From an uncultured bacterium (GTDB lineage: Bacteria; Chloroflexota; UBA5177; JANWHV01), in the NCBI GenBank assembly GCA_963729625.1, contig CAVSOU010000011.1, positions 160,001 to 224,000 of the forward strand: a DNA stretch of 64,000 nucleotides, written 5' to 3'. Each line of letters starts with the position of its first letter. Within the stretch, counting starts at the first letter, position 1. Below the pieces are notes generated by a model. It saw only the letters and a list, made by a program, of their open reading frames with translations, had not been told where the DNA came from and made no database searches. Position numbers and translations under genes: made by a program. This document shows, one piece after another, positions 30,448-41,934 of the stretch.

Positions 30448-32157
30448 GTGCGCAGGAGTGCACTGCTCTGCGAGACGTTGAGGCAAGCCCCCGCCGACGC
30501 GGAGTTTGCCGGTCATCGGTACCTGCTGCGTGGTGGGTTTGTCCACCCGCTGGCTGCAGGAATATATTCTCTGCTTCCGCTTGGCCTGCGCGTGAAGCGC
30601 AAGATCGAGCGGGTCCTGCGAGAGGAAATGCAGGCAATCGGCGGGCAGGAGATCGTGTTGCCTGTCGTGCAGCCGGCAGATCTCTGGCAGCAAAGCGGTC
30701 GCTGGAGCTCCCTGGGCCCAGAGCTAGCGCGCCTGAAGGACAGAAACGGCCGTGACCTGGCGCTGGCCATGACGCACGTGGAGGCCGTCACCGACGTTCT
30801 GCGCAGGCATGTTCATTCGTATCGGCGGTTGCCTTTACTCGTGTTCCAGATGCAGACGTCGTTTCGCGACGAGCCACGATCGCGTGGCGGCCTGATCGGC
30901 TTGCGCGAAGTCACGATGCAGGATGCCTACAGCGTCGATTTGTCGACCGGCGGCCTCGATTCGTCGTACCAGCGCGTCTACGACGCGTATCTCCGCATAT
31001 TCGCGCGGCTGGGCCTCTCCGTGCTGGCGGTGCGCGCGGACTCGTCGGCGATCGGCGGCTCCGCGGCGCATGAGTTCATGTTCGTCTCCGATGCCGGGGA
31101 AGATACCGTCGTGGTCTGTGACCAGTGTGGCGCGGCCGCCGATCAACGGGTTGCCGTCTTCCGAAAGGACGCGCCGCCTGCGGAGGATCTGCAGCCGCTC
31201 GAACCGGTCGAGACATTGGCGACGCCGACAATCGCCGCGCTCGCCGCTTTTCTCAAGGTGCCCGCGTCGCGCACTGCCAAGGCCACGTTCTTCACGGCCG
31301 ACGGCCGCCTCGTGTTTGCCGTCGTGCGCGGCGACATGGAGGTCAATGAGACAAAGCTGGCCGCGGTCATCGGCGCCGGCGACCTTCGCTTTGCTGCTCC
31401 GGAGGATCTCGCCGGCGCGCGCATCGTGCCGGGCTACGCCTCGCCCATCGGCATCCACGGCGCGATCGTGGTCGTCGACGATCTGGTGGCTCGCTCACCC
31501 AATCTGGTGGCCGGCGCCAATCGCCACGGCTTTCACCTTCGCAATACCAACGTGCCTCGCGACTATCAGCCGGATTTCATTGCCGACATCGTGAAGGTCC
31601 AGGAGGGCGCGCCGTGCGCCGCCTGCGGCGCATCTGTTCGCCTCACGCGGGCGGTGCAGGTCGGTAGCGCTGTCAAGCTTGGCACCCGCTATTCGCGAGC
31701 GTTCGGCGCCACCTGCCTGGGTGAAGACGGGCAGCTGGCGGAGATTGTCATGGGCTCCTACTGTATCAGTGTCGAGCGCCTGATCGCCTGTTTGGCTGAG
31801 GCGCATCACGACGCACAGGGACTGGTGTGGCCGGCTATCGTCGCCCCGTACGACGTGTATCTCGCAGGCCTGGATCTCGAGAACGAGGCGGTGAGGTCGG
31901 CTGCCGACACGCTCTACGGCGAGCTTCGAGCCGCGGGAGTGGACGTGCTCTATGATGACCGCGACGAGCGGGCAGGAGTGAAGTTCAAGGACGCAGATCT
32001 GCTCGGGCTACCCTGGCGCGCGACGGTCAGCCGAAGGACGCTGGAGCGCAACGCCGCGGAGTTGAAGGCCAGGATCGGAGCTGAGACGCGCGATGTGGCG
32101 CTGGAGCAGGCAGCGAACGCGATCGTTGAGGAAGTTGGGAAAACCAATAACCGTTGA
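30448..32157 (+). CDS. proS: Prolyl-tRNA synthetase-like protein (bacterial type, with INS editing domain) with divergent active-site motifs
   Basis: LWQQSGRW, FRDEPRSRGGL, HEF..GED, VRGDMEVNETKL, GYASPIG, DDRDERAGVKFKDADLLGLP. Confidence 0.85.
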   Translation: MRRSALLCETLRQAPADAEFAGHRYLLRGGFVHPLAAGIYSLLPLGLRVKRKIERVLREEMQAIGGQEIVLPVVQPADLWQQSGRWSSLGPELARLKDRNGRDLALAMTHVEAVTDVLRRHVHSYRRLPLLVFQMQTSFRDEPRSRGGLIGLREVTMQDAYSVDLSTGGLDSSYQRVYDAYLRIFARLGLSVLAVRADSSAIGGSAAHEFMFVSDAGEDTVVVCDQCGAAADQRVAVFRKDAPPAEDLQPLEPVETLATPTIAALAAFLKVPASRTAKATFFTADGRLVFAVVRGDMEVNETKLAAVIGAGDLRFAAPEDLAGARIVPGYASPIGIHGAIVVVDDLVARSPNLVAGANRHGFHLRNTNVPRDYQPDFIADIVKVQEGAPCAACGASVRLTRAVQVGSAVKLGTRYSRAFGATCLGEDGQLAEIVMGSYCISVERLIACLAEAHHDAQGLVWPAIVAPYDVYLAGLDLENEAVRSAADTLYGELRAAGVDVLYDDRDERAGVKFKDADLLGLPWRATVSRRTLERNAAELKARIGAETRDVALEQAANAIVEEVGKTNNR

Positions 32158-32164
32158 AAGGCTT

Positions 32165-33584
32165 CTAGCCCGTCGACATTTGCTTTCGCAGGAGTTCGGC
32201 CTCTCTCCTGGCGGCTTTTGCCTTCTCGGGCTGGCCGATTTCCACATACGATGATGCCAACCTCTCGAGCTCCCGAACTGTCTCGCGCCGCATTCCGGCA
32301 TCGCGATACTGCGCGACGTTCTTTTCCAGAAAATCCACCGATCCAGCGCGATCGCCGCGCCGCCAGCGCGATCGCGCGATGACAAAATAGGCCCGTGCGC
32401 AGGCTTCAGGATCGCCGGTCTCTTCGGCAAGCGCTTGCGCCTGTGCAAACATCTCACGCGCCTCTTCGACCTGGCCCTGCTGATCAAGGACGGTTGCGCA
32501 GTTACCAAGTGCTTCGGAACGACCGATGCGGTCTTCGGTCTGAGTGCGAAGCGCGAGCGCCCGCGTGTAGTGGTCAAGCGCCTCAGAAAGGCGATTCTGC
32601 CCCTCGTACGTTCTACCAAGCTCGTTCAGCGCAACAGCCTGTCCATTCTCATCGCCGAGGCTCTCGCTGATAGCCAGCGCACGGCTCAGGTTCGAGACCG
32701 CAGCCGCCAGCATGCCCTGGGCTGCGAGCGACTTCCCAAGCCTCACTCGAGTGGCGGCCAGAAGCGCTTTATCGCTCTTGCTCTCGAGAAGTGGAAGGGC
32801 CTGCTCCAGCATGCGCCGTGCGGCGTCGTGATTGCCTTGACGCTGGTACACTTCGGCAATGGCGCTCATGGCTTCGCCCGCCTCAGGCGACGATCCACGC
32901 CTCTTCGCGAATGCGAAGGGCTGTCCGCAGGCGCTCAAGGGCGGTGGACTCGCGATCCTGCCTGGAGGCGACGACGCCCGCGGCGTGGTACGCCTCGGCC
33001 AGCAACGGTCGGTCACCGAGCGTCTCAAGCATGGCAATGGCGCGTGTGTAGGTCGCTTCCGCGTCGTCCAGGTTGGCAAGCTCCGTCTGGACGGCGCCGA
33101 TTTGCAGGAGACAGTCGGCGATTAGCGGAACGTTATTCTGTTTTTCACGCATAAACAGCGCCTGGTTGAAACCGGCAAGTGCCTCAGGATACAGCTTCAT
33201 GGCTACGAGAACGCGAGAGGCGGCGCCGACCGACGATGCTGTGGCGTCCAGGTCACCCAGTCGCTCGCATACGGCGACGGATCGCTGCGCCATCGCGTAG
33301 GCGTTCTGATATTGCTCAAGCTGCACATAGAGGCCGCTCATGTCGCGCAGCACCGTAGCAGCCACGGCGAAATTGCCAAGACGATCGTGCAGCACAAGCG
33401 CGCGCTGGCACACCTGCAGAGCCTCGGCCGTCATGCCGTGCTGACGATAGAGGCCGGCAATCCTATCCAGTGCACTTGCTGCGCCCGCGAGATCACCGTC
33501 GGCCTCGCACTCGATCACGGTACGTTGCCACTTGGCGAGCAAGATCCTTCCGGACGATGTTAACGGTGAAGGGGTTTCGGGCAC
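32165..33584 (-). CDS. Tetratricopeptide repeat protein; frameshift near 32890
   Basis: Tandem ~40-aa TPR units across ORFs 32883-33941 and 32165-33079. Confidence 0.8.
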
Positions 33585-33757
33585 GGTCCGCACTCTCCTG
33601 AACCGGCGGGTAACTGCCGGTCTCCATGATACCGCGTGGCGTCCATCCACCGCGACAGTTGTGCCACACCGCGTGCTCTGATAGTAGCGCAAATGCAGGC
33701 GCTTCGCTCGGGAATCGAAGACACTACGACACGATCCGATGACTTCCGTGCGGCGAG

Positions 33758-36700
33758 CTACGGCAGGAGTGCCACCCGGAACGAGCGCACCTGGAACGGT
33801 AGGATCGTGAATGTGAGTGATGCGCCTTCCACGCGCACCGGCCCTGCCGCGCTGTCGGGCTCCTCCAGAATTGTGACGGACGAAGCCTTGACGACCTGAT
33901 TGGCGAACGTGAGCGTTACCGCGCCTCGCTGATTGGCGCAATCGTACACGCGCACGATGAGCCCGCTCCCGTCCTCGGCCGGTTTCACGGTATCAACGAC
34001 CGCATGCCCGCGGTCACTGCGCACGAAGGACGCCTGGGCAGGCAGCCTGGTGCCGGTCCCGGGCACGTACCGTGCGCGCACTGGCAGATTGAACGCAATC
34101 GCGGCCCGCACCGTGTCTTCTATGTGCCAATCGGCGCCGTGAGGGAAGAGCGCGTATGCGAAGCTATGTGCGCCCTCGTCTGCCAGCGGATCCGGCTCGA
34201 TGCCAGATTTGAGGAGTGTCAGGCTCAACACATTTCCGAGGCAGTCATAGCCGTACTTCCCGTCGTTGAGCAGGCTCACGCCGTACGCGCTTTCTGACAG
34301 GTCAGCCCATCGGTGGGCAGGGACCTCGAATCGCGCGGCGTCCCAACTCGTATTGCGGTGTGTCGGCCGCTGCAAGCAGCCGAACGCGCACTCATAGGTG
34401 GCCGCCGTCGCGTGGATCGCGAGCGGGAAGGCCGCCTTGAGCAGAACCTGCCGCTGGTGCCAGTCAATGGTGGTCTGGATGTCAACGCGCGGCGTGTCGG
34501 CGTGCACAAGGATCCGCTGGCGGATCGTGGAGAGTCCATAGCGCCGGACAATCTCCACGCCTGCGCGGACCGGCCCGGTCTCGACAACCTGCCAGGACTC
34601 AACATCGTCAATCTCGACACACTTATCGACATAGAAATCGTCGATATCCCACGCGTCGTTGTGAGTCGGTTTATCTTCAAAGGCCAGGAGCCGGTTCCCA
34701 CCTACGGGCGCAAGCACTTCCCGATTGAAGCGTTTGTCGAAGAGTGACGCAATCCGGCCGCGATCGTCCAGATTCAGGTGGAAGAAACGATTCTCGAGCG
34801 CTCGCTCGCTCACCGAGATCTCCGTGGACGGGGTGGCTGCGGCGCCTCCGGCAAAGACAAGGGCATAGCCCAAGGGCGGCACCGTAAGCCCGGTGACCAA
34901 AACGCCGCGCTCAGCGCCGGTGGCCACGACCTGCGACGGCAGCGCACGCCCTCCGCCGGTCACAAGCGTGCTATCTGCCGGCACGTTTTGCGGCAACCGG
35001 AACTCGAGACTCTCGCTTCGCGGAAATGGAGATGCGTTGAAGACGGCGATGGCGGGCGTGTCCGACTGAATGTGCAGTGCGATTGCATCCTGTGCCTCGG
35101 CAAGCACTCCTCCGGCGGTGGCCAGAACCGACGCGTGCTGTCTGCGCTCGTCCTCATAGACTTCGCCGATCGAAGAGCCGGGCAGAATGTCGTGAAACTG
35201 GTTGAGGAGCACATCCTCCCAGCATGCTGTGAGGCGTTCTCTGCGCGCGGTCTGGTCACGGTCGAACAGCGCTGCCCAGGCGCACCACAGCTCGGCATCG
35301 TGGAGCACGTGCTCGGCGCGCCTGTTATTCCATTTGACGCGTCCCTGGCTGGTATATGTGCCGCGATGCAACTCAAGGTAGAGCTCACCCTCCCAGACAG
35401 GCGCCTTCGCATCGTGGAGAATGCGATCGCTCAGCGTGGCAAGGTACGTTCCGACACTGGTCTGCGAGACGCGAGGTAAACCGGGGTAGTCGCGTAACCT
35501 GGCCGCGTATTCCAGCATCTGTTCGGTCGGCCCGCCGCCGCCGTCTCCGAAGCCGAAGGAATACAAGGTCTCCGTGTTCAATCCCTTGTCGCGGTATCGC
35601 ACCCAGCTTCCCATCACTTCCTTCACCGAGAAGTTGGCGTTGTACGTGGACTGCCCGCGCTTCACAGGATACGGATCGGCCATGTAGTCAAGCGGCTCCC
35701 AGTCGGCGCCGGCCGTCATAAAGTAGCCCAGGACCTCCGTACCATCGATGCCGCGCCAGCGGAACGTATCGTGCGGCATACGGTTGGTCGAATTCCAGCT
35801 GAGCTTGATGGTGGCCATAGCGTTGATTCCGGCACTGCGCATCAGCTGTGGCAGCGCTCCGGTGAAGCCGAAGACATCAGGCAGCCATAGGTAGCCACAT
35901 GTCGCGCCGAAGCGCTCGCGCATAAAGCGCTGGCCGTAGAGGAACTGCCGCACGAGCGATTCGCCGGACGTCAGATTGCAGTCCGGCTCGACCCACATTG
36001 CCCCTGCCGGCTCCCAGCGACCCTCGGCCACGCGCTCCGCGACCTGGCGATACAGCTCCGGCTCGTCTTCCTCCAGCCAGCGATACTGCTGGGGTTGGCT
36101 ACATACGAATCGGTAGTCGGGGTAGCGCTCCATCAGGCGAAGCACTGTGGACCAGCTGCGAGCCACTTTTCGTCTGGTCTGCGATAGATGGCCATAGCCA
36201 GGCAGTGTCGATGTGCGCGTGTCCGACGGCATTGATCGTCGGTCTGTGGGCGGCGCCGTCGACCGCGATCGCTTCAAGTCCTCGCTGTACATGCGCGCGC
36301 GCGCGTGCTACCGATTGTCTGAACTCGTCCAGGGTAGGCTCGGTGCGGTTCACCGTGTTCTCCGCCTCGACCAGTAACCTGAGCAGCGCCACCCGCTCGA
36401 CTGACGCTTCGGGCAGGATGGCGAGCGCTTCGACGCCAACGGCCAGGTCGTAGTAGAACGCTTCAGATTCGCTGTCGAGCAGTTCCAGGCGGCACTCGCC
36501 CACGGTAAACATGTCGGTTGGCTTGCGAGCAACAGTGGTAACCGGCGACGCATAGGCTTCAACCGCCGCGACATGGGAAGCGCCGTCGAAACACTGCGGC
36601 GGCAGGACCACCGATCGATGGTTTTCGTCCAGGCCCTGCCAGGGTCGCCCGTCGAGATAGACCATTGCCTGGCCCCCCAGCGGGAGCGACAGCCGAACCT

Positions 36701-36944
36701 TCTGGTCGGCCCACGAGGGTGGAACGCGGAACCAGGCTCGAAACCACGTCCACTCCTGCGAGCCGCCCCAGCTGCTGCCGATCATCGCATGCGACCAGTC
36801 GCGCTCCTCCTCCGGCGACACATCCAACCCGCGGACTCGGCCCGGGTGCATGAGCAGGCGCTCCAATGGGAGCGACGCCCGCACGATCGCCCGCTGCTGC
36901 TCACGCACGCGTGCCCGCAGACGCGCCTCCTGCGACCCGCTCAC
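33758..36944 (-). CDS. Alpha-mannosidase, GH38; frameshift near 36185
   Basis: GHAHIDTAWLWP, WVEPDCN..SGESLVRQ, WLPDVFG, GDGGGGP, ELYLELHRGTYTSQ, NQFHDILPGSSI. Confidence 0.92.
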
Positions 36945-37945
36945 TGCAGAAGTCGGCGGTGCACGGCGTCGATCACCGCCTGCGATGCATTGATGGGGAT
37001 AGAGCAGTTCCCGGCAAGGATCAGCCCGCGATTCCGTGCCTGGTCGGCTGCCATCGCCAGCTCTTTCAATGCTGCGGAGTCGTCCGCCGCGGTGAGTGCA
37101 TTGTTTGACAGGCCGCCCGCGACCGCACGTCCAGTTACGGAGTCCGCGACGTCGCCGAGGCTCGGGTTGCCTTCCTCGGTGACAGCCCAATTGAGAACGT
37201 GCGCCGGATAGTCGAGCAGTCGCAGCGCCATATCGTTCTTGCGGCAGATATGCAGCACGTTGACGCGGGCCCCGGTTGCCGCGGCCAGCACGCGCAAGTC
37301 GTAGGGCCGGCCGAACGCTTCGTACTCGGCGGCGGTCAGCGTGTCATAGGTGGCCCACGCTCCGGTGGCGAAGAAGATGCCGCTCGCGCCGGCGTTGAGC
37401 ACTTCCTGCACGAACGCCACGAACGTTTCGGTAATTGCCTGAAGCGCGCCATGAACCGCGGCAGGATCCTCGTGAATGTGCTGCAGCAGCACCTTGACGT
37501 CGCCTCCAGCGAGGTAGCCGGCGACCGAGATCGGGCAGAAGATGGTCTCGACAAACGGCACAGCGCCGCGCAGCCCGCGCCTGATTTCACTCAAAGCCCG
37601 CAATTGCTCGTCGAAGGCCGGCGTGGACGGCGGCTTTACATCGATGTTGTGCCAATCCCCTGCGGTCGTTACGACGGCGGTTTCGATCACGGGCTTCACG
37701 TCGGGTTGGCCTGAATAGTGGTAGCGATTGCCCCACGCTTCCGCATGGTATTGCGCCCTGGGGTTGACTTTGAGCAGGTCAAAATCGTTTCGCGTCTGCC
37801 AGTCCAGCATGGCGCGCGCCAGACTCGAGGCCGTGGTTTCGCGATCGTAGAAGTGGCGCCAGAGTGCCCATGGAATGCGATCGGTCGGTTGCTGCTGGAT
37901 GCTGGCTTCTAGCCGCTCCCACTTGTCCATCTGTGCTCGAGGCAT
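36941..37945 (-). CDS. Uroporphyrinogen decarboxylase (URO-D) family protein
   Basis: TDRIPWALWRH, ETIFCP, GASGIFFA, FGRPYD, VLHIC, LILAGNCSIP. Confidence 0.8.
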   Translation of the reverse strand: MPRAQMDKWERLEASIQQQPTDRIPWALWRHFYDRETTASSLARAMLDWQTRNDFDLLKVNPRAQYHAEAWGNRYHYSGQPDVKPVIETAVVTTAGDWHNIDVKPPSTPAFDEQLRALSEIRRGLRGAVPFVETIFCPISVAGYLAGGDVKVLLQHIHEDPAAVHGALQAITETFVAFVQEVLNAGASGIFFATGAWATYDTLTAAEYEAFGRPYDLRVLAAATGARVNVLHICRKNDMALRLLDYPAHVLNWAVTEEGNPSLGDVADSVTGRAVAGGLSNNALTAADDSAALKELAMAADQARNRGLILAGNCSIPINASQAVIDAVHRRLLQ

Positions 37946-37993
37946 TGCCTGATCCTCCTGACCGCTTCACCAGTTTGCGGCGACCGGGCCGCC

Positions 37994-38236
37994 CTACGAC
38001 GGCGGCTTGACTCCCACGATCCACGGCCAGCGGCGCCAGAAGGCGCGGATCTGCCTCCGTAGCACTGCGGGCTTCATGAGCGCGACGGCGCTCCATAAGA
38101 GCAAGATCAAGCTGACAAGGCCATTGAGGCTGACCAACCGCTCGGCGACGAGATTGGGCTCCGGAATGTTCTCCGGCTCGGCCGGGTCTGCCCCTGTCTC
38201 GATGGGAAATGGCGAATTCTTGTCTGTGTCGTCCAT
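37994..38236 (-). CDS. Small hypothetical membrane protein
   Basis: RBS aggtg; acidic N-terminus, single hydrophobic helix, basic tail. Confidence 0.5.
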   Translation of the reverse strand: MDDTDKNSPFPIETGADPAEPENIPEPNLVAERLVSLNGLVSLILLLWSAVALMKPAVLRRQIRAFWRRWPWIVGVKPPS

Positions 38237-38418
38237 GGCTTGAGCATAGCCAGGTGAATGGATGCGGGGCAAGGCGAGCATAGCTCGGGGCTGACTGCGG
38301 CAGATACGGCGCATTCCCATGGCTGAACCGGTATCATCAACTCCAATCGTCCATCTCTCCCTGTCGCGCGTCGGATCCGCGCGGCCGGCAGCCTGCTCCA
38401 GGTGAAGGTAGTCGCGTC

Positions 38419-39201
38419 GTGTTGAGAACCGTTACCGCAGTCCGTTATCTCACTCCGCTGCGCGAAGGCGGCTCGCTGCCGGCTATCGTGGAGGCTGACG
38501 ACGGCGAGCTCTACGTGCTGAAGTTTCGCGGTGCCGGCCAGGGGCAGCGTGCCCTGATCTCGGAGATGCTCGCCGGTGAGATTGGCAGGTTGCTCGGCCT
38601 GCGCGTGCCAGAGATCGTGGTGGTCTTGCTCGATCGTGCATTTGGACGCTCCGAGCCGGATCCGGAGATCCATGACCTGATCGCGGCAAGTACCGGACTC
38701 AACCTGGGACTTCGCTATCTCTCGGGCGCGCTGGCCTTCGATCCGATCCTTACGCCGCCGCCGTCCTCGGATCTCGCGTCAACGATTGTGTGGTTCGATG
38801 CCTTTATCACTAACGTCGACCGCACCGCGCGGAACACAAACATGCTTCTCTGGCGGGATCAGCTCTGGCTCATCGATCATGGTGCGTCACTCTACTTCCA
38901 TCACTCCTGGGAAGGCTACGTGGAGAGGAGTGCCTCGCGTTTTCCGCGTATCAAGGACCATGTGCTCCTGCGTTCCGCTTCGCTGCTTCCGGACGCCGAC
39001 GCGTACCTTGCTTCCCGCCTGGAGGTCCCAGCCCTCCGCCAGATCGTGGAGGCCATTCCAGCGGAATGGCTATCGGATGAGCCCTCGTTCAGCTCGCTTC
39101 ACGAACATCGCGACGCGTACATGGTGTTTCTCACCAGGCGGCTTCAGCCGCCGCGAGCGTTTGTTGAGGAGGCAGTCAGTGCCCGGCACGCACTCGTATG
39201 A
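38419..39201 (+). CDS. HipA-like kinase family protein
   Basis: PLREGGSLP, YVLKFRGAGQG, NVDRTARNTN, LIDHGA. Confidence 0.88.
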   Translation: MLRTVTAVRYLTPLREGGSLPAIVEADDGELYVLKFRGAGQGQRALISEMLAGEIGRLLGLRVPEIVVVLLDRAFGRSEPDPEIHDLIAASTGLNLGLRYLSGALAFDPILTPPPSSDLASTIVWFDAFITNVDRTARNTNMLLWRDQLWLIDHGASLYFHHSWEGYVERSASRFPRIKDHVLLRSASLLPDADAYLASRLEVPALRQIVEAIPAEWLSDEPSFSSLHEHRDAYMVFLTRRLQPPRAFVEEAVSARHALV

Positions 39202-39571
39202 CTACGCCATAGTGCGAATAGTGCCGCGGGTGGAGCGTTGCGAATTCGTCAACGCAGGCGTCATTCTGTATTGCCGCGTACGTCGATTCCTGCGTGCGTC
39301 GGTCGAGCTCGATCGCGAGCGGCTTCGCGCGCTTGCTCCATGCATAGACATCGAGGAGGTTGAGCGGCATCTGGCGGTCATCCCACTGGTATGCGCCGGA
39401 GGCCGTGCGGCCGGCCCAATCGGATCGCTGAGCATGGCGGAGCGGTTTCACTGGCTTGTCTCGCCGAGGAGCACGCTCGTGCAGCCCTCGCCGGTGCACT
39501 GTGGCCTCTGCGACGATCCGGCGAGTGAGCTGCGGCACTTGCTGGAAACCATGGTTTGCCCCTTGGACTAG
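39179..39571 (+). CDS. DUF3037 domain protein
   Basis: YDYAIVRIVPRVERCEFVNAGVIL, ERFHWLVSPRST.VQPSPVHCGL; overlaps kinase end. Confidence 0.88.
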   Translation: MPGTHSYDYAIVRIVPRVERCEFVNAGVILYCRVRRFLRASVELDRERLRALAPCIDIEEVERHLAVIPLVCAGGRAAGPIGSLSMAERFHWLVSPRSTLVQPSPVHCGLCDDPASELRHLLETMVCPLD

Positions 39572-39601
39572 CTCCGCCCAGCCGGTATCATCCCTGGCGA
39601 G

Positions 39602-41248
39602 ATGCAGACCGCCAGCCCACCAGTCCGCCCCGTGTCCTCTACTACGGCCGGCGCCAAGAAGGCGTGGCGGCAGTACGTCGCTCTGCCCGCGGCGACCATT
39701 TTGATGATTGCCTTCCTGCTAAGCCGCGTGCTCGGCATGTTACGTCAGGTTCTTTTCGCCGCCTTGATCGGCACGCATACGACGGGCGCCAGCGCGTACG
39801 TCACGGCGTTTCGCGCTCCCGACTTCGTGTTCAATCTGGTCTCTGGCGGCGCCTTCGCGTCGGCCTTCATCCCCACGTTTGCCGGCTATCTGGCGAAGAA
39901 CTCGCAGGATGAAGAGGCCGAGGGCTGGCGCGTGGCAAGTACCGTGTTTTACCTGACGATTCTCCTGCTGCTGCCGGCGCTCATTCTGGCTATCGTCTTG
40001 GCGCCGCGCTACGTGCCGCAGATGACTGGACCCGAACACGCCGACCTGATCAGCACGACCATCCCGCTCACTCGCATCATGCTGCTGCAGCCGCTCTTCA
40101 TGGCGCTCATAACCATCTGCCAGGGCGTGTCGAACTCGTACCTTCGTTTCACGGTCCCCGCGCTGGCGCCTCTGGTCTACAACCTCAGCATCATCGTGGG
40201 AATTATCATCGGCCACTTCGTGGGCGTCACGGCGATTGCCTGGTCCGTCACTCTCGGGGCGGCGCTCCAGCTCGCGTTGCAGATTCCGTTTCTGCCGCAG
40301 GGGCGCCGCTTGCTGCACCTGTCACTTAGCCTTGGATCGGCCGGCGTGCGGGAGATTGGCCGGCTGATGGCGCCCCGCCTGTTCGGTCAGGCCGGGATCC
40401 AGGCCACCTTTATCGTCACGACGTACCTTGCGAACAGGGTGCAGGGAGCAAATCCTAACCCGGCCCTAACGTACGGCTGGACGCTGATCCTACTGCCGGT
40501 CGGCATTTTTGCCGCCGCGCTCGGCCAGACCGCATTCCCGGTGATGGCCAGGCAAGCGGCGGCCGGCGATATGCCGGGGTTTGCCAGCACCGTCAATCAG
40601 ACGATTCGCATGGTGTTGTTTCTGACGGTACCTGCCGCGGCGGGTTTGATCATACTGGCCCCGCGCGTGGTTCGCGTGCTGTTCGCATACGGCACAAGCA
40701 ACAACGCCATCGATATTCAGCTGATCACGCTGGCCACCGTGTACTACGCGGTAGGTATCCCCGGCCACTCGCTGGCTGAAGTGCTCCCCCGCGCGTTCTT
40801 TGCCATCCGCAACACGGTCACTCCCGTGCTGGTAGTGGTATGGACGCTGGCACTTGCCATTCTCGTCAGCGTGGTATCAGTCAAGGTGCTCAGTCCTGAG
40901 CATGCCGTGGCAGGTCTGGCCTTCGCCATGTCGCTGGCGGTACTCGCCGAAGCGGTCAACCTGATCATCGCGCTGCACCGCGCGGTGCCGCAGTTCGCCC
41001 TGGGGCCGCTTGGATGGGCGTTAGCTCGCGCCAACATTGCCACTGGTGTGATGGTTGCTGGAGTCGGCCTCACGGCGGAGCGTCTCATTCACGTCATCAA
41101 CCCGAGCCGATTCGGATCCTTCGTCACGCTGCTCATCTGCGTGCCTCTCGGCGCGTGTCTGTACCTGGCAACCGCACTGCTGCTGCACGTGCCCGAGGCA
41201 GTGACTGTCGTGTCGCGCGCACGGACGAGGGTGGGAGGCACGGTCTGA
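39602..41248 (+). CDS. murJ: Lipid II flippase MurJ (MviN)
   Basis: SRVLGMLRQ, AFRAPD, GAFASAFIP, LPVGIF, RAFFAIRNTVTP. Confidence 0.92.
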   Translation: MQTASPPVRPVSSTTAGAKKAWRQYVALPAATILMIAFLLSRVLGMLRQVLFAALIGTHTTGASAYVTAFRAPDFVFNLVSGGAFASAFIPTFAGYLAKNSQDEEAEGWRVASTVFYLTILLLLPALILAIVLAPRYVPQMTGPEHADLISTTIPLTRIMLLQPLFMALITICQGVSNSYLRFTVPALAPLVYNLSIIVGIIIGHFVGVTAIAWSVTLGAALQLALQIPFLPQGRRLLHLSLSLGSAGVREIGRLMAPRLFGQAGIQATFIVTTYLANRVQGANPNPALTYGWTLILLPVGIFAAALGQTAFPVMARQAAAGDMPGFASTVNQTIRMVLFLTVPAAAGLIILAPRVVRVLFAYGTSNNAIDIQLITLATVYYAVGIPGHSLAEVLPRAFFAIRNTVTPVLVVVWTLALAILVSVVSVKVLSPEHAVAGLAFAMSLAVLAEAVNLIIALHRAVPQFALGPLGWALARANIATGVMVAGVGLTAERLIHVINPSRFGSFVTLLICVPLGACLYLATALLLHVPEAVTVVSRARTRVGGTV

Positions 41249-41282
41249 AAAAGGTCGCGACGTGCCTGACCGGGTACCGGGT

Positions 41283-41302
41283 ACCCACAAGAGTGGGTGA
41301 TG
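41283..41302 (+). repeat. REP-like hairpin element
   Basis: acccac-aaga-gtgggt-gatg; inverted copy at 26159-26178. Confidence 0.7.
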
Positions 41303-41934
41303 AGTGGGTGATAGGTCATGGCAGGGGCACGGCCCGGGGTGCGTAGCACACCGCAGCGGGTGATGGGGCAGACGACTACTTGCAGACCCTGGGGTGGGAG
41401 GGTAGTGCGCAGCTGCCCCCTCATGGAATGGCAGCGAGCGGGGCCTGAATGTGGTCGTTCAGAGCGAAATGGCTGGCCGTTCCCGTCACTGGCGTGTGTA
41501 CCCAGAGGAACGGCTTACTGGGCTGCGCCAACATGCCGAGCAGGAGAAGCGTGAGACGGTAGACCGCCTGCAGCAAGGGATCGCCGCACTTGTTGGCTCC
41601 ACGCGGCGTAGCGACAATCCAACGCGAGGCGGGGGCCGAAGACATACATGAGACCGCCAGCCGACGCGAACGTAGCGCCGACGTCGAGCATGCGTCTCGT
41701 ATCCGATGCGGATACTGGCAATCATGGCCCGTGCGCGAGCCGGCTTCGAGCGGCGCTCACGGGTGGAGCCTCGACTCAACCTCGGCCAGCGTTGGCGCCC
41801 GTCAGTCTTTCAGCATCTCAGAGGCTTTCAATCAATTATCCGTTCGCGGGCACTCGAGCAACTGGCTGCCCCGGGTGCATGAGTGAGGAGATTAGCGCCG
41901 GACTGCGGAGCCTCGTCCGGCAACGTGCCTCGCA

